Shown: positions 18,077 to 31,299 of the stretch, piece by piece | Position numbering within the stretch: position 1 is the stretch's first letter | Layout of the letters: each line of letters opens with the position of its first letter | NCBI GenBank assembly: GCA_965263035.1 | Contig: OZ253580.1 | Span: forward strand, 2,688,001 to 2,752,000 | DNA length: 64,000 bases | Direction: 5' to 3' | DNA from: Acidobacteriota bacterium | GTDB lineage: Bacteria; Acidobacteriota; UBA6911; RPQK01; JAJDTT01 | Program-made: the position numbers and the translations under genes | Notes under the pieces: generated by a model | The model's database searches: none | What the model saw: the letters and a program-made list of their open reading frames with translations, nothing else | What the model was told of the DNA's origin: nothing

Positions 18077-19495
18077 TCAGAAACCGGCGTCCGGACCCAG
18101 GTATTCGCCCACGATGCGAGCCGTTCGGCCCACGGCGCCTCGATTGTCGCGAAGGATCCGGCGGGCATTTTGGCCCAGTCCCCGACGAGCCGCCACATTC
18201 CCCAGGAGTTCTCTCAGCCGCCGAGCCAAATCCCCCGAATTCCGGACCTGCAACGCCGCACCCCCCTCCAGGAAGGTCCGGGCCATTTCCCGGAAATTGT
18301 GCATGTGAGGCCCCACCAGTATGGGTTTGCCGAAGTGTGCCGCCTCGATGATGTTGTGGCCCCCCCACGTCACCAGACTGCCCCCCACGAAGACCACCAG
18401 GGCCAGTTCATAGACGTGGGCCAACTCGCCGATGGTGTCCAGCACCAGCACTTCCGGCCGGACGGGGGAGCCGCCATCCTGAAAACCGTTGAGGCTGCTG
18501 CGTTTCAGGTGGGCGAGGCCCCTGTGCCGAAGCAAGTCGGAGATCTCGGCCGACCTCCGGGGGTGTCGGGGAGCCAGCACCATGCGGAGATGGGGGTATT
18601 CCGGTTTGATCTCGTGGAAGGCGTCCAGAAGCTGCTCCTCCTCTCCCTCACGGGTGCTGCCGCAGACCCAGATCGGATCGGTTCCGAACAGGCTCCGAAT
18701 CCGTCGCGTCAATGCTGCCTGTCCAGGGTCCGGGTCCAAGCTGTAATCGTATTTCAGATTCCCGACCGAGCAGGTTCTGGAGGCAACCGATCCCAGTTCG
18801 ACGATCCGGTCCCGGTCTTGAGGCGACTGCATGCAGAGATGATCCAACTGCTGGAGAAAAGGCCGCAACGGGCGCCGAAAGTACCGGTAGCGAGCGAATG
18901 ACCGGTCGGAGATCCTGCCGTTGATGAGGACCAGGGGGATGCCCAACTCATGGGCGGCGACGATGAACCCGGGCCAGATCTCCGTTTCCACAACCAGGAC
19001 AGCCGCCGGATCCAAGCTCCTGAGATACTTCCTGCAGAGCCAGGTCCAGTCCAGGGGAAAATAGAAGATCCGGGCCCGGTCCCGGAAAAGCTGGCGGGCC
19101 AGGCGCTGCCCCGTCTCGGTCGTGGTGGAGATGCACAGTTGAGACGATTTCAGGTTCAGAGCATCTATCAGGGGGCGAATTGAGTTGACCTCCCCCACCG
19201 AGACGGCGTGGACCCAGAATCGGGTCGGGGCAGAAGCCGGTGAGGAGAAGCAATCGGGAACCATCATCCTCTTCCGGAAGGGAACGGGACGATGGCCCCG
19301 GAGATAACGAAAGAGGCGGATTGGGAGCCACAGGATCAGGCCAAGGGTATAGGCCAGCGTGTAGACGGCGATCAACAGCGATGGAACCGGGGATCTGCCG
19401 TCCGAGCCGCGGCCGGAACGCCCCGGGGCCGAACCCGCATCTCCTTTGCCGGTTCCACGGTTCAGCCGTGGAACGTGTTTTTTCAGGGCGATCAC
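18077..19495 (-). CDS. waaA: Kdo transferase
   Basis: HAVSVGE, ETEIWP, GNLKYD, APRHP, GGHNIIEAA; start codon uncertain. Confidence 0.93.
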   Translation of the reverse strand: MIALKKHVPRLNRGTGKGDAGSAPGRSGRGSDGRSPVPSLLIAVYTLAYTLGLILWLPIRLFRYLRGHRPVPFRKRMMVPDCFSSPASAPTRFWVHAVSVGEVNSIRPLIDALNLKSSQLCISTTTETGQRLARQLFRDRARIFYFPLDWTWLCRKYLRSLDPAAVLVVETEIWPGFIVAAHELGIPLVLINGRISDRSFARYRYFRRPLRPFLQQLDHLCMQSPQDRDRIVELGSVASRTCSVGNLKYDYSLDPDPGQAALTRRIRSLFGTDPIWVCGSTREGEEEQLLDAFHEIKPEYPHLRMVLAPRHPRRSAEISDLLRHRGLAHLKRSSLNGFQDGGSPVRPEVLVLDTIGELAHVYELALVVFVGGSLVTWGGHNIIEAAHFGKPILVGPHMHNFREMARTFLEGGAALQVRNSGDLARRLRELLGNVAARRGLGQNARRILRDNRGAVGRTARIVGEYLGPDAGF

Positions 19496-19523
19496 AGACG
19501 CATATAATAACTTGTTTCCCGGC

Positions 19524-19553
19524 TTGACACGGGATTGGTCCTGAGGCTAAGAT
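19524..19553 (+). promoter_or_regulatory. Sigma-70-type promoter of the str operon
   Basis: TTGACA-18 bp-TAAGAT. Confidence 0.65.
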
Positions 19554-19588
19554 CCCCCCGCCTATCATGGCGTGGGTGGGTCGAGTGC

Positions 19589-19613
19589 GGATGCCCCAGG
19601 GGCATCCTTTTTT
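19589..19613 (+). terminator. Intrinsic-terminator-like hairpin in the rpsL leader
   Basis: GGATGCCC-CAG-GGGCATCC-TTTTTT. Confidence 0.55.
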
Positions 19614-19693
19614 GTCTTAACAGAGTTTATTCTGCTCTCACGCCAGGCGTCGAAGGCGGTGCCGGTGGGCAGTTCCAGGAGTGGGTGGCATCG

Positions 19694-20068
19694 ATGCCGA
19701 CGTTCAATCAGTTGGTTCGCAAGGGTCGTAAGCCGGTGCGAACCAAGACCAAGAGTCCGGCGCTTCAGTCTTGTCCTCAAAGGCGTGGAGTCTGTGTTCG
19801 CGTGTACACGCAGACACCGAAGAAACCCAACTCAGCGCTTCGAAAAGTGACCCGCGTACGCTTGACCAACGGGATCGAAGTCACCACCTATATTCCAGGT
19901 GAGGGACACAATCTGCAGGAGCACTCCATAGTGCTCATTCGTGGCGGCCGGGTGAAGGACCTGCCGGGAGTGCGCTACCACGTGATACGCGGGACCTTGG
20001 ACACGGCCGGCGTAGATAATCGTAACAACAGCCGCTCCAAGTACGGCGCCAAGCGCCCCAAGAGTTAG
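19694..20068 (+). CDS. rpsL: 30S ribosomal protein S12
   Basis: [30 protein letters not shown]. Confidence 0.99.
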   Translation: MPTFNQLVRKGRKPVRTKTKSPALQSCPQRRGVCVRVYTQTPKKPNSALRKVTRVRLTNGIEVTTYIPGEGHNLQEHSIVLIRGGRVKDLPGVRYHVIRGTLDTAGVDNRNNSRSKYGAKRPKS

Positions 20069-20137
20069 CTGGGTCTTCAACAGCTGCATCGACGCCGAGT
20101 TCTATCGCAGCTTGCTTTGTGTCCAGGAGCCATCAAG

Positions 20138-20608
20138 ATGTCTAGAAGACGGGATGTCCCCAAACGAGATGTGGCTCCCGACCCCGTTTACAGCAGCCGG
20201 TTGGTGAGCCGTTTCATCAATCAGTCCATGGCGCGGGGAAAAAAGAGTGTATCCGAGAGAAACTTTTACGCCGCCATGAACCTGATCCAGGAGAGGACGG
20301 GAGAAGATCCGTTGCGGATCTTCAAGAGGGCGGTGGACAGGGTCAAGCCCATGGTGGAGACCAAGTCTCGCCGGGTGGGGGGATCGACCTATCAGGTTCC
20401 GATCGAAGTCAGCACGCGGCGGCAGACCTCGCTGGCCATTCGCTGGCTGGTGGGCTATGCCCGAGCCCGTCACGAAAAGACCATGAAGGAAAGGCTGGCC
20501 AACGAGCTGGCCGATGCCGCGAATGACCGCGGCGGAGCCGCACGCAGGAAGATGGACGTGCACCGGATGGCCGAGGCCAACCGTGCCTTCGCGCATTACC
20601 GATGGTGA
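20138..20608 (+). CDS. rpsG: 30S ribosomal protein S7
   Basis: [24 protein letters not shown]. Confidence 0.99.
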   Translation: MSRRRDVPKRDVAPDPVYSSRLVSRFINQSMARGKKSVSERNFYAAMNLIQERTGEDPLRIFKRAVDRVKPMVETKSRRVGGSTYQVPIEVSTRRQTSLAIRWLVGYARARHEKTMKERLANELADAANDRGGAARRKMDVHRMAEANRAFAHYRW

Positions 20609-20660
20609 GAGGGAAGGACTCGATTACCAACGGAGCCCGCATCAAGGGAAGATCAGTACA

Positions 20661-22769
20661 GTGGCCACTCAGTCTGCGCTTGAAAGGACGCGAAATATCG
20701 GCATCACGGCCCACATCGATGCCGGTAAGACGACGACTACCGAGCGGATTCTCTACTACACGGGAATCACCTACAAACTGGGTGAAGTGCACGAAGGAAC
20801 CGCCACCATGGACTGGATGCCCCAGGAACAGGAACGGGGCATCACCATCACCTCCGCCGCCACGACCTGCCACTGGAAGAATTTTCGCATCAACATCATC
20901 GATACCCCGGGCCACGTAGACTTCACGGCCGAGGTCGAACGATCCCTGCGGGTACTGGACGGCGCCATTGCCGTCTTCGACGCCGTCGCGGGCGTGGAAC
21001 CCCAGTCCGAGGCCGTCTGGCGCCAAGCGGACAAATACCGGGTGCCGCGAATCGCCTTCATGAACAAGATGGATCGCATGGGAGCCGATTTTTTTGCCTC
21101 AATGGAATCCATGACCCAGAAGCTCGGGGCGAACCCGGTTCCGGTCCAGATTCCCCTGGGCAAGGAGGAGTCCTTCGAAGGCGTCATCGACCTGATCTCC
21201 CGTAAGGCCATCCGCTACGAAACCGAAACCTTGGGCGCCAAGTTCGTGGAAAGCGAGATCCCTGAAGAATGGCGCGAGGTGGCGGAGCATTGGCGGGAGA
21301 AGATGGTGGAAACCGTGGTCGAGGTGGACGAGCAGTTGCTGGAAAAATACGTTCACGGAGAACCCATCGATTCCGACTCGCTCAAACGTGCTCTGCGGTT
21401 GGGAACCTGTCAAGGCAAGTTTACTCCCTGCTTCTGCGGTGCCGCTTTCAAGAACAAAGGTGTGCAGCTCCTGTTGGACGGCATCGTCGATTTTCTGCCC
21501 TCGCCGCTGGAGGTGCCCCCCCCGGAAGGAACCGAACCGGCCACGGGAGATCCGGTGACTCCACGAGTCTCCCAGGATGACCCTTTTTCGGCGCTGGTAT
21601 TCAAGATCATGGCCGACCCTTTCGTCGGACAGCTGGCCTTCGTCCGAGTCTACTCCGGATGCTTGGCGGCCAACTCCAAGGTCTACAACTCAGCTTCCGG
21701 CAAGGAAGAACGGGTGGGCCGGTTGCTCAAGATGCACGCCAACAAGCGAGAGGAACTCCGAGCGGTCGGCGCTGGCGACATCGCCGCCGTGGTGGGTCTC
21801 AAGAAAGTAGCGACGGGGGACACGATTTGTGATCCTGCCCGGCCCGTGCTGCTGGAATCCATGGAGTTTCCGGCTCCCGTGATCTCGGTGGCGATCGAGC
21901 CCAAGACGCGCCACGATCAGGACAAGCTGGGATTCGCACTGGCCAAGCTGGTTCACGAGGATCCTACTTTTCGGACTCACGCCGATCCGGAAACCGGACA
22001 GACCCTGATCTCGGGAATGGGGGAACTGCACTTAGAGATCATCGTGGATCGGCTGCTGCGTGAGTTCGGCGTCCGCGCCAACGTTGGCAAGCCGCACGTG
22101 GCGTACAGGGAGGGCATTTTGCGGACAGCTGAAGGGCGCGGCCGTTTCGTGCGCCAGACCGGCGGCCGGGGCCAGTACGGCGACGCCAAGGTCCGGGTCG
22201 AGCCCCTGGAGCCGGGCGCGGCCGAAACCGGGTTCCTGTTCGAGGATATGAGCGGCGGCGGTGTGATCCCTCGAGAATTCATTTCGGCGGTGAAGGCCGG
22301 TGTGCGGGAGGCCATGGAAGGCGGGGTTCTGGCCGGCTGCGAGATGGAGAACATCAAGGTGACCCTGTTGGACGGATCTCATCACGACGTGGATTCTTCG
22401 GAGATCGCGTTCAAGATCGCGGGCTCATTGGCCTTCAAGGAGGCCGCCCGGAAGGCGGGTCCCATCCTGCTGGAACCGGTCATGAAGGTCGAGGTGGTGG
22501 TGCCCCAGGAGTACATGGGCGAGGTCATAGGCGACCTCAACGGCCGCCGGGGTCGAGTCGCCCAGTTGGAACCCAGAGGAGGGAGCCAGGTGATCACGGC
22601 CTACGTGGCCTTGGAGACCATGTTCGGCTACGCCACCGGACTGCGGTCGATTACGCAGGGGAGGGCGACCCATACCATGCACTTCGAGCGCTACGAACAG
22701 GTCCCCAGGCAAGTGGTGGAAGAGCAGGTGGCGCGAACCCACGGCCGGCTTTTGACCCGGTCAGGTTGA
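20661..22769 (+). CDS. fusA: Elongation factor G
   Basis: [22 protein letters not shown]; GTG start. Confidence 0.99.
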   Translation: MATQSALERTRNIGITAHIDAGKTTTTERILYYTGITYKLGEVHEGTATMDWMPQEQERGITITSAATTCHWKNFRINIIDTPGHVDFTAEVERSLRVLDGAIAVFDAVAGVEPQSEAVWRQADKYRVPRIAFMNKMDRMGADFFASMESMTQKLGANPVPVQIPLGKEESFEGVIDLISRKAIRYETETLGAKFVESEIPEEWREVAEHWREKMVETVVEVDEQLLEKYVHGEPIDSDSLKRALRLGTCQGKFTPCFCGAAFKNKGVQLLLDGIVDFLPSPLEVPPPEGTEPATGDPVTPRVSQDDPFSALVFKIMADPFVGQLAFVRVYSGCLAANSKVYNSASGKEERVGRLLKMHANKREELRAVGAGDIAAVVGLKKVATGDTICDPARPVLLESMEFPAPVISVAIEPKTRHDQDKLGFALAKLVHEDPTFRTHADPETGQTLISGMGELHLEIIVDRLLREFGVRANVGKPHVAYREGILRTAEGRGRFVRQTGGRGQYGDAKVRVEPLEPGAAETGFLFEDMSGGGVIPREFISAVKAGVREAMEGGVLAGCEMENIKVTLLDGSHHDVDSSEIAFKIAGSLAFKEAARKAGPILLEPVMKVEVVVPQEYMGEVIGDLNGRRGRVAQLEPRGGSQVITAYVALETMFGYATGLRSITQGRATHTMHFERYEQVPRQVVEEQVARTHGRLLTRSG

Positions 22770-22833
22770 ACCGGTCCGAAAGGACACGGAAGCGACGTCG
22801 ATCAGGATCGACTAAATCGGAAAAGAGGACGAG

Positions 22834-24021
<1,188 letters not shown>

Positions 24022-24031
24022 GCCCAAGAGC

Positions 24032-24358
24032 ATGAGCAACGAGAAAATCCGCATCCGACTCAAGGCTTACGACCACCGGGTTCTGGACCATTCCACCGGC
24101 GAGATCGTGGAAATCGCGCGCCGGACCGGCGCCCGGGTTTCGGGACCGATCCCTTTGCCCACGCGCATCGCCCGCTACACCGTCTTGCGTTCTCCCCACG
24201 TGGACAAGAAGTCTCGGGAGCAGTTCGAAATCAGGACTCACAAGCGCCTGGTCGATATCCTGGAGCCGACGCCCCAGACGGTGGATGCCTTGATGAAGCT
24301 GGATCTGCCGGCCGCCATCGACGTGGAGATCAAGGCCTTCGGAGCCGAGAAAGAATAG
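24032..24358 (+). CDS. rpsJ: 30S ribosomal protein S10
   Basis: [22 protein letters not shown]. Confidence 0.99.
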   Translation: MSNEKIRIRLKAYDHRVLDHSTGEIVEIARRTGARVSGPIPLPTRIARYTVLRSPHVDKKSREQFEIRTHKRLVDILEPTPQTVDALMKLDLPAAIDVEIKAFGAEKE

Positions 24359-24360
24359 TC

Positions 24361-25002
24361 ATGCTCCAAGGGATGATCGGCAGAAAAGTGGGAATGACCC
24401 AGCTCTTTGACGAAGCGGGTCAAGTCATTCCGGTGACGGTGCTTCGGATCGGTCCTTGCATCGTGGTCCAGAAGAAGACCTCCGAGAAGGAAGGCTACGC
24501 CGCACTTCAACTGGGTTTCATCGAGCCCGGGGTCCGGCGCCTCACTATGGGCGTGAAGGGCCACTTGCGAAAAGCAGGCTCGCCGCCGACCCGGATCCTG
24601 CGCGAGTTTGCCTACGAAGAGACTTCAGAGACGCCCCTGGACGTGGGGGATGAGGTGCTGGTCCATCAAGTTTTTCAAGCTGACGACACCGTCAACGTCG
24701 TGGCTAACAGCAAAGGGCGGGGGTTTCAGGGGGTGATCAAGCGCCACGGTTTCAGCGGCGGCCAGGCGACCCATGGATCCATGTTTCATCGGGCTCCAGG
24801 CTCCATCGGCCAAAGCGCTTCGCCCAGTCGAGTCTTCCCCGGGACCCGCGGGCCCGGGCGGATGGGGAACAAGCGGGTCACCATTCAGAATCTGCAGGTG
24901 GTCAAGGTGGACGAAGAGAACCACCTTCTGCTGGTCAAGGGTTCGGTGCCGGGCAGTCGGGCTCAATACCTCACCATTGTTCGTTCCGGGAGGCGGAATT
25001 GA
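24361..25002 (+). CDS. rplC: 50S ribosomal protein L3
   Basis: [19 protein letters not shown]. Confidence 0.99.
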   Translation: MLQGMIGRKVGMTQLFDEAGQVIPVTVLRIGPCIVVQKKTSEKEGYAALQLGFIEPGVRRLTMGVKGHLRKAGSPPTRILREFAYEETSETPLDVGDEVLVHQVFQADDTVNVVANSKGRGFQGVIKRHGFSGGQATHGSMFHRAPGSIGQSASPSRVFPGTRGPGRMGNKRVTIQNLQVVKVDEENHLLLVKGSVPGSRAQYLTIVRSGRRN

Positions 25003-25640
25003 CTGAGTCGGCATCGGAAGTCCAGGTCAGGAATCTGAGAAACGAGGTGGTGGAAACACTGGCCCTCTCCCGTCAGGTGTTCGACTATCAGGCGTCCGAA
25101 TCCTTGTTGTGGGAAGCGGTGACCGCCTTTCTGGCCGGCCGGCGCAAGGGTTCCCACTCCACCAAGACTCGTGCCGAGGTGCGGGGAGGCGGCCGGAAAC
25201 CATGGCGGCAAAAGGGAACCGGCCGGGCTCGTGCCGGAACCACGAGAAGTCCCCTCTGGAGAACGGGAGGCGTCGCCTTCGGTCCCAAGCCGAGAAACTA
25301 CGCGCAGTCGCTGTCCAAGAAGAAGCGGAGAGGAGCCGTCAAGCTGGTCCTGTCGGACAAGCTCAAGAGTGAAAAGCTTCTGGTTTTGGACTCATTGGAG
25401 TTGTCCAGCCACAAGACCACGAACTTCGTGGACGTCATGGGCACCTTCGACCTGACCCGGAAGCTGTTGGTAGTGGATTCGAGGAAGAACCAAAACCTCT
25501 TTCTGAGCACTCGAAACCTGCCGGGAGTCAAGATGGTTCCGGCACTCGGAGTCAACGTCTACGACTTGCTGAACGCCGAGGTCCTGATGATAAGCAAGGC
25601 TTCATTGCTGGAACTGCAGGAGGTATTGCTGAGGTCATGA
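24999..25640 (+). CDS. rplD: 50S ribosomal protein L4
   Basis: GGGRKPWRQKGTGRAR. Confidence 0.99.
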   Translation: MTESASEVQVRNLRNEVVETLALSRQVFDYQASESLLWEAVTAFLAGRRKGSHSTKTRAEVRGGGRKPWRQKGTGRARAGTTRSPLWRTGGVAFGPKPRNYAQSLSKKKRRGAVKLVLSDKLKSEKLLVLDSLELSSHKTTNFVDVMGTFDLTRKLLVVDSRKNQNLFLSTRNLPGVKMVPALGVNVYDLLNAEVLMISKASLLELQEVLLRS

Positions 25641-25933
25641 GCAGGTACGATATTCTCAGGCTCCCCCATATAACCGAGAAGGCGACCATTCAAAAGGACG
25701 AGTTCGAGGGCCGGATGGTGGTATTCAAGGTTCGACCCAAGGCCACGAAGCACCAGGTGAAGGCGGCGGTCCAGGGAATTTTCGACGTCGAGGTCGAGTC
25801 CGTTCGAACCGCCAACTTCAGGGGGAAGGTCAAGAGAATGGGCAAATATCGAGGACGGCGGGCCGATTGGAAAAAGGCCTACGTGACTCTGAAACCCGGC
25901 CAGGAAATGCCGGAAATTTTTGACACGGTATAG
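25637..25933 (+). CDS. rplW: 50S ribosomal protein L23
   Basis: [14 protein letters not shown]. Confidence 0.98.
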   Translation: MSRYDILRLPHITEKATIQKDEFEGRMVVFKVRPKATKHQVKAAVQGIFDVEVESVRTANFRGKVKRMGKYRGRRADWKKAYVTLKPGQEMPEIFDTV

Positions 25934-25938
25934 AACCG

Positions 25939-26763
25939 ATGCCTTTGAAAAGTTACAAGCCCACGTCACCCGGCACCAGATTCCGAACCGTCCAGACCGG
26001 CGAGGATCTGACCGACATCAAACCGCTCAAGCGCCTGACCCGGGGGAAGAAGCGGATCAGCGGGCGCAACAGCGATGGAAAGATCTGCGTCCGGCGCCGG
26101 GGAGGCGGCCACAAGCGACGCTATCGAGTTGTCGACTTCAAGCGCAACAAGGATGGGGTGCCGGCGCGAGTCGCCGCCATCGAATACGACCCCAATCGGA
26201 GCGCCCGGCTCGCCCGGCTCCACTATCTGGATGGAGAGAAACGGTACATCCTGGCGCCGAACGGTTTGAAGGTGGGCGACGAGGTGGTTTCGGGACCGAC
26301 GGTGGACATTATGCCGGGCAATTGCCTGCCCATCGCCAACATCCCGTTGGGAACCATGATCCACAACATCGAACTGACTCAGGGCCGGGGAGGTCAGATG
26401 GTGCGGTCTGCGGGTGGAAGTGCCCAGTTGCTGGCCAAAGAGGGGAATTACGCCCAGATCAAGCTGCCTTCGGACGAGGTGCGCAAGGTCCATGTCCTCT
26501 GCCGGGCCACCGTCGGCCAAGTGGGGAATCTCGATCACGAGAACGTCACCCTGGGAAAGGCCGGAGCCAACCGTTGGCGCGGGCGGCGACCCAAGGTCAG
26601 AGGCGTGGCCATGAACCCCGTCGACCATCCCATGGGCGGCGGCGAAGGGAAGACTTCGGGCGGACGGCATCCCACTTCCCCCTGGGGCTGGAAGACGAAA
26701 GGCTACCGGACCCGGAAGAACAACAGGACCGGGAAGATGATTGTCCGGCGGAGAAAGAAGTAG
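25939..26763 (+). CDS. rplB: 50S ribosomal protein L2
   Basis: [19 protein letters not shown]. Confidence 0.99.
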   Translation: MPLKSYKPTSPGTRFRTVQTGEDLTDIKPLKRLTRGKKRISGRNSDGKICVRRRGGGHKRRYRVVDFKRNKDGVPARVAAIEYDPNRSARLARLHYLDGEKRYILAPNGLKVGDEVVSGPTVDIMPGNCLPIANIPLGTMIHNIELTQGRGGQMVRSAGGSAQLLAKEGNYAQIKLPSDEVRKVHVLCRATVGQVGNLDHENVTLGKAGANRWRGRRPKVRGVAMNPVDHPMGGGEGKTSGGRHPTSPWGWKTKGYRTRKNNRTGKMIVRRRKK

Positions 26764-26771
26764 GAGGCTCA

Positions 26772-27056
26772 ATGCCCAGGTCGGTCAAAAAGGGTCCCTT
26801 TGTGGACGATCACTTGTACAAGAAACTGCGTCACCTGAATGAGACCAACGAGAGGGCGGTCATCCGGACCTGGTCCCGGAGATCGACCATCACGCCGGAG
26901 ATGGTGGGACACACGATTGCCGTTCACAACGGCAAGAGGTTCATTCCCATCTACATCACCGAGAACATCGTGGGACATAAGCTGGGTGAATTCGCTCCCA
27001 CAAGAATTTTCAGGGGACACATTCGTAGACACGAGCGCATGGCCAGGATGCGGTAG
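26772..27056 (+). CDS. rpsS: 30S ribosomal protein S19
   Basis: [23 protein letters not shown]. Confidence 0.99.
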   Translation: MPRSVKKGPFVDDHLYKKLRHLNETNERAVIRTWSRRSTITPEMVGHTIAVHNGKRFIPIYITENIVGHKLGEFAPTRIFRGHIRRHERMARMR

Positions 27057-27125
27057 CGCCATTAGGATGAAATCGAAAAGTCCGGCACTGGCCGGACCGA
27101 CGGCAGAGGTTGCGGAGCAGGACTT

Positions 27126-27473
27126 GTGAAAGCATCGGCCACGGCAAAATACGTGAAGGGGTCGCCCCAGAAGGCGCGTTTGGTCATCGACCTGATTCGG
27201 GGACGGAAGGTGGAGGCAGCGCTGGACATTCTCCGTTTTTCGCGGAAGAGAGTGGCTCGCCCCATCTCCAAGGTGTTGCGTTCGGCCATCGCCAACGCCG
27301 AGCAGAAGTCGCCGGTCATCGACGCGGATGATCTGTTCGTGAAGGAGGCCTACGTCGACCTGGGACCGACCAAATGGCGTTTCAGGATGCGTCCCGTTCC
27401 CATGGGACGGGCGTTCCGCGAGCGGCGGCGCCAGAGCCATATTACGATCCGGGTATCGGACGGGAAGTCATAG
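27126..27473 (+). CDS. rplV: 50S ribosomal protein L22
   Basis: SPQKARLVIDLIRG, SAIANAE. Confidence 0.98.
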   Translation: MKASATAKYVKGSPQKARLVIDLIRGRKVEAALDILRFSRKRVARPISKVLRSAIANAEQKSPVIDADDLFVKEAYVDLGPTKWRFRMRPVPMGRAFRERRRQSHITIRVSDGKS

Positions 27474-27482
27474 GAGGCAAGT

Positions 27483-28136
27483 TTGGGTCAGAAAGTCCAC
27501 CCGTACGGGTTTCGCTTAGGTTACATCAACACGTGGCGCTCTCGCTGGTATGCGGAAAAGAACTACGGAGATCTGCTGCACGAGGATCTTCAGATCAAGA
27601 AGAATCTGAAGCGGCAGTTCTACCACGCCGGGATCTCTGCCATCGAGATCGAGCGGATGGCGGCCAACAAGCTCACCGTCATCGTGAAAACGGCTCGGCC
27701 CGGGATCATCATCGGTCGCAAGGGCAGCGAGATCGACAAGTTGAAGAGTGATCTCCAGACCGCCACCGGACGCGAGGTGTACATCAATATTCAGGAGGAA
27801 CAGAAGCCCGAGGTGGATGCCCAGCTGGTGGCCGAGTCCATCAGCCAGCAGTTGTTGCGCCGGGTGGCCTTCCGCAGGGCCATGCGCCGCGCCGTAGAGA
27901 CCGCGGTGCGTTTTGGAGCCCAGGGGATCAAGGTCCGGTGCGGAGGGCGGCTCAACGGCGCCGAGATCGCCAGAGCCGAGTGGTATCTCCACGGCCGACT
28001 GCCTCTCCATACCTTGCGGGCCCGGATCGACCACGGCTTCGCCGAAGCTTTCACCACCTATGGCGTCATCGGCGTCAAGGTGTGGGTCTACAAGGGTGAG
28101 GTCTTCGGGGCCGAGGGATCGTCCCGGTCGAATTGA
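27483..28136 (+). CDS. rpsC: 30S ribosomal protein S3
   Basis: [22 protein letters not shown]. Confidence 0.99.
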   Translation: MGQKVHPYGFRLGYINTWRSRWYAEKNYGDLLHEDLQIKKNLKRQFYHAGISAIEIERMAANKLTVIVKTARPGIIIGRKGSEIDKLKSDLQTATGREVYINIQEEQKPEVDAQLVAESISQQLLRRVAFRRAMRRAVETAVRFGAQGIKVRCGGRLNGAEIARAEWYLHGRLPLHTLRARIDHGFAEAFTTYGVIGVKVWVYKGEVFGAEGSSRSN

Positions 28137-28154
28137 ACGGGGGTCATTGCAGTC

Positions 28155-28571
28155 ATGTTGATGCCGAAGAAGATCAAGTACCGGAAACAACAGAAGGGGA
28201 GAATGACGGGCAAGGCTCTCCGCGGCAGCACCATGTCGTTCGGCGAATATGGCCTCAAAGCCATGCAGCCCGGTTGGATCACCGACCGGCAGATCGAGGC
28301 GGCCCGAATCGCAATGACCCGTTATGTCCAGCGCGGAGGGAAAATCTGGATTCGGATCTTTCCCGACAAGCCGATTACCAAGAAACCGGCCGAGACCAGA
28401 ATGGGCAAAGGGAAAGGGGCACCCATGGGATGGGTGGCGGTGGTGCGGCCGGGTTCCATCCTCTATGAGATGGAGGGACTGCCCCACGACATGGCGAAGG
28501 AAGCCATGCGGCTGGCAGCCAACAAACTGCCATTGCGGACTCGTTTCGTGACCCGGCTGGATTCGGCATGA
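28155..28571 (+). CDS. rplP: 50S ribosomal protein L16
   Basis: [18 protein letters not shown]. Confidence 0.99.
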   Translation: MLMPKKIKYRKQQKGRMTGKALRGSTMSFGEYGLKAMQPGWITDRQIEAARIAMTRYVQRGGKIWIRIFPDKPITKKPAETRMGKGKGAPMGWVAVVRPGSILYEMEGLPHDMAKEAMRLAANKLPLRTRFVTRLDSA

Positions 28572-28762
28572 ACGCATCCAAGCTGAGAGAAATGTCATTG
28601 GAGGACCTGGAATCGGAAGGCCAGGCGCTCTCTGAGCAGATCTTCCGATTGCGGTTCCAAAAAGCCACGGGACAACTGGAGAATCGCACCAAGATCCGGC
28701 AGATCCGACGGGATCTGGCCCGCGTCAAGACCATTCTGACGGAGAGACGGCAGCAACTGTAG
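28568..28762 (+). CDS. rpmC: 50S ribosomal protein L29
   Basis: [14 protein letters not shown]. Confidence 0.98.
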   Translation: MNASKLREMSLEDLESEGQALSEQIFRLRFQKATGQLENRTKIRQIRRDLARVKTILTERRQQL

Positions 28763-28825
28763 TGAGTTGAGACGGGGCGGAGTTGCCCGGACCAATCCGC
28801 TCCCTGGTCTATCGAGGGAAAGAGT

Positions 28826-29104
28826 ATGGCGACTGAGTCGGTGGAAAGGCGGGCGCAAAAAAGGAATCGGAGGACCGGAAGGGTCGTCTCCGCCGCCATG
28901 ACCAAGGGAATCGTCGTGGCCGTTGACCGTCTGGTGGCCCATCCGCTCTACAAAAAGACCCTTCGACGCACCAACAAGCTCATGGCCCACGACGAGCAGA
29001 ACGAGTGCCGGGCGGGCGACAAGGTTCTGATCGAGGAGACTCGGCCTCTGAGCAAGCGGAAGCGTTGGACCCTGGTGCGGGTTGTGGAGAAAGCCAAGGG
29101 GTAG
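28826..29104 (+). CDS. rpsQ: 30S ribosomal protein S17
   Basis: [17 protein letters not shown]. Confidence 0.98.
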   Translation: MATESVERRAQKRNRRTGRVVSAAMTKGIVVAVDRLVAHPLYKKTLRRTNKLMAHDEQNECRAGDKVLIEETRPLSKRKRWTLVRVVEKAKG

Positions 29105-29111
29105 GTGGATC

Positions 29112-29480
29112 ATGATCCAGATGCAGACCGTTCTGAACGTTGCTGACAATTCGGGAGCCCGAAGAATCTCCTGCATCGCACCCTTGGGCGGCGACGTGGG
29201 ACGAGGCGCCAGTCTGGGAGAAGTCATCACGGCCTCAGTGAAGGAGGCCAGCCCCAACGGCGCTGTGAAGAAGGGCGAAGTGGTAAGGGCGGTCGTTGTC
29301 CGCATGCGTAAGCAGAACCGGCGCCCGGACGGCTCTTACATCCGCTTCGACGAGAACGCGGCGGTCGTTATCAACAACGCCCGGGAACCGGTCGGAACCC
29401 GCGTCTTCGGTCCGGTGGCGAGAGAGTTGAGGGAAAAACGATTCATGAGGATCGTTTCGTTGGCTCCTGAGGTTTTGTGA
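29112..29480 (+). CDS. rplN: 50S ribosomal protein L14
   Basis: [21 protein letters not shown]. Confidence 0.99.
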   Translation: MIQMQTVLNVADNSGARRISCIAPLGGDVGRGASLGEVITASVKEASPNGAVKKGEVVRAVVVRMRKQNRRPDGSYIRFDENAAVVINNAREPVGTRVFGPVARELREKRFMRIVSLAPEVL

Positions 29481-29498
29481 CCAGAGAAGGGTTTCCGG

Positions 29499-29819
29499 AT
29501 GCTCCACGTGAAGGCGAATGACCAGGTGCTGGTGCTGGCGGGGAAAGATCGGGGCAAGACGGGGCGTGTTCTCCGGTTGCTGCCTGATCGGAAACGTGCC
29601 GTGGTCGAGACCATCAACATGATCTACCGCCACACCAGGCAAAATCCGCAGCAGAACGTGCAAGGGGGAGTCCTGGAAAAGGAAGCTCCGCTGGCTCTCT
29701 CGAATCTGAAGGTGATCTGCAGGGAGTGCAACGAGGCGACCCGGGTGGGCTTCACGCGGCTCTCCGACGGGAAGAAGGTCCGAACCTGCAAGAAGTGCGG
29801 AGGCACCATCGACAAGTAG
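29499..29819 (+). CDS. rplX: 50S ribosomal protein L24
   Basis: KOW motif [11 protein letters not shown]; operon position. Confidence 0.98.
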   Translation: MLHVKANDQVLVLAGKDRGKTGRVLRLLPDRKRAVVETINMIYRHTRQNPQQNVQGGVLEKEAPLALSNLKVICRECNEATRVGFTRLSDGKKVRTCKKCGGTIDK

Positions 29820-29852
29820 CGTCCCCACGGGGCGGCAGCAAGGGTAAAGGCA

Positions 29853-30416
29853 GTGGCTCGGCTAAAACAGAAAATCAAGGAAGAGGTGGTCCCGAAGCTG
29901 GTGGAGGAGTTCGGCTATGACAACGTCATGGCGATCCCCAAGCTCGTCAAGGTCGTGGTCAATCTGGGTTTGGGACAGGCGATCCAGAATATTCGGCTGC
30001 TGGACTCGGCGGCGGCCGACCTGACCGCCATCACCGGACAGAAGCCGGTAGTGACCCGCGCCAGGAAATCCATCGCCGGGTTCAAGCTGCGCCAAGGGAT
30101 GCCGATCGGAGTGATGGTCACGTTGCGGGGGAACCGGATGCTCGAGTTCTTGGATCGGTTCATCAACATCGGCCTTCCCCGAGTCCGGGATTTTCGAGGA
30201 GTTCCTCCCAACGCGTTCGACGGGCAGGGCAACTATACGTTCGGAATCCGGGAGCAATCGATATTTCCGGAGATCGATCTGGGCCGGACCGAGACGACGC
30301 ACGGGATGAACGTCACCATTGTGACTACGGCCAAGTCGGATGAAGAGGCACGCGTCCTGCTGGCGGGGCTGGGCATTCCCTTTGGCCGGGAGGAGGACCG
30401 CCAGCTGATATTCTGA
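29853..30416 (+). CDS. rplE: 50S ribosomal protein L5
   Basis: [15 protein letters not shown]. Confidence 0.99.
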   Translation: MARLKQKIKEEVVPKLVEEFGYDNVMAIPKLVKVVVNLGLGQAIQNIRLLDSAAADLTAITGQKPVVTRARKSIAGFKLRQGMPIGVMVTLRGNRMLEFLDRFINIGLPRVRDFRGVPPNAFDGQGNYTFGIREQSIFPEIDLGRTETTHGMNVTIVTTAKSDEEARVLLAGLGIPFGREEDRQLIF

Positions 30417-30494
30417 CCAGCCCGGGGAGGTCTCGCAGGCGAGACTCTCGACCCTGGTTCGTTGACGGCGTGCCGGTACAGGAGGTGTAGGAGG

Positions 30495-30680
30495 ATGGCC
30501 CGAAAGAGTTTGATTGCGAAACAGAACAGACCACCCAAGTTCTCCACGCGGCGCTACAGCAGATGCCGGCGCTGCGGGCGTCCTCGAGGTTTTCTACGCA
30601 AGTTCCAGCTCTGCAGGATCTGCTTCCGCCAACTGGCCCTGTTGGGAGAGATTCCCGGAGTGATCAAGGCCAGTTGGTGA
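30495..30680 (+). CDS. rpsN: 30S ribosomal protein S14 (Zn-binding type)
   Basis: CRRCGR..LCRICFR. Confidence 0.98.
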   Translation: MARKSLIAKQNRPPKFSTRRYSRCRRCGRPRGFLRKFQLCRICFRQLALLGEIPGVIKASW

Positions 30681-30735
30681 TGCCGTTCCGGCGGCGTCCG
30701 CCGGCGGTTGCGGGCGAAGGCGAAAGAAGAATCTC

Positions 30736-31134
30736 ATGTCAGTCACGTATCCCATAGCCGATCTTCTCACCCGGATCAGAAACGCCCTCGCGGTCGGGCA
30801 CGATGCGGTCCAGATTCCCCATTCCAAGCTCAAGGCGGAAGTGGTGAAAATCCTTCATCAGCAAGGATATATTTCCGGCTACACGAGCGACGGAGAGCGG
30901 CCGTTCGAGTGCCTGACGGTCCGCCTCAAGTACGGTCGCGACAATACGCCCGTGATCCGGGTCCTGCGCTGTATCAGCACTCCGGGACGCCGCATATACG
31001 TGGGCAGGAACGAGATCCCGCTGGTGCTGGAAGGTCTGGGCATCAACATTCTTTCCACGTCGCAGGGAATCGTGACCGGGAAGAAAGCCAGGGAGTTGGG
31101 TATCGGCGGAGAGTTGCTTTGTGAGGTGTACTGA
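30736..31134 (+). CDS. rpsH: 30S ribosomal protein S8
   Basis: PIADLLTRIRNA, STSQG, GGELLC. Confidence 0.98.
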   Translation: MSVTYPIADLLTRIRNALAVGHDAVQIPHSKLKAEVVKILHQQGYISGYTSDGERPFECLTVRLKYGRDNTPVIRVLRCISTPGRRIYVGRNEIPLVLEGLGINILSTSQGIVTGKKARELGIGGELLCEVY

Positions 31135-31179
31135 GACGGCGAGGTCTGCCGTGTGCGGGCCGGTTTACGTCCGGGTTCA

Positions 31180-31278
31180 ACAGCCCGTGGCAAAAGTCAT
31201 CACGGCATTCGACCGTTCCTGCATCCCGGCGGGCGCAGGAACGGTCTCGGTGCTCGCGGGACTTTCACCACGGACTGT
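31180..31278 (+). mobile_element. MITE copy 2, internally deleted (99 bp), between rpsH and rplF
   Basis: Both TIRs retained; central part lost between CCGGCGG direct repeats. Confidence 0.88.
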
Positions 31279-31299
31279 AAAGATTGTGAGTAAGACGTC

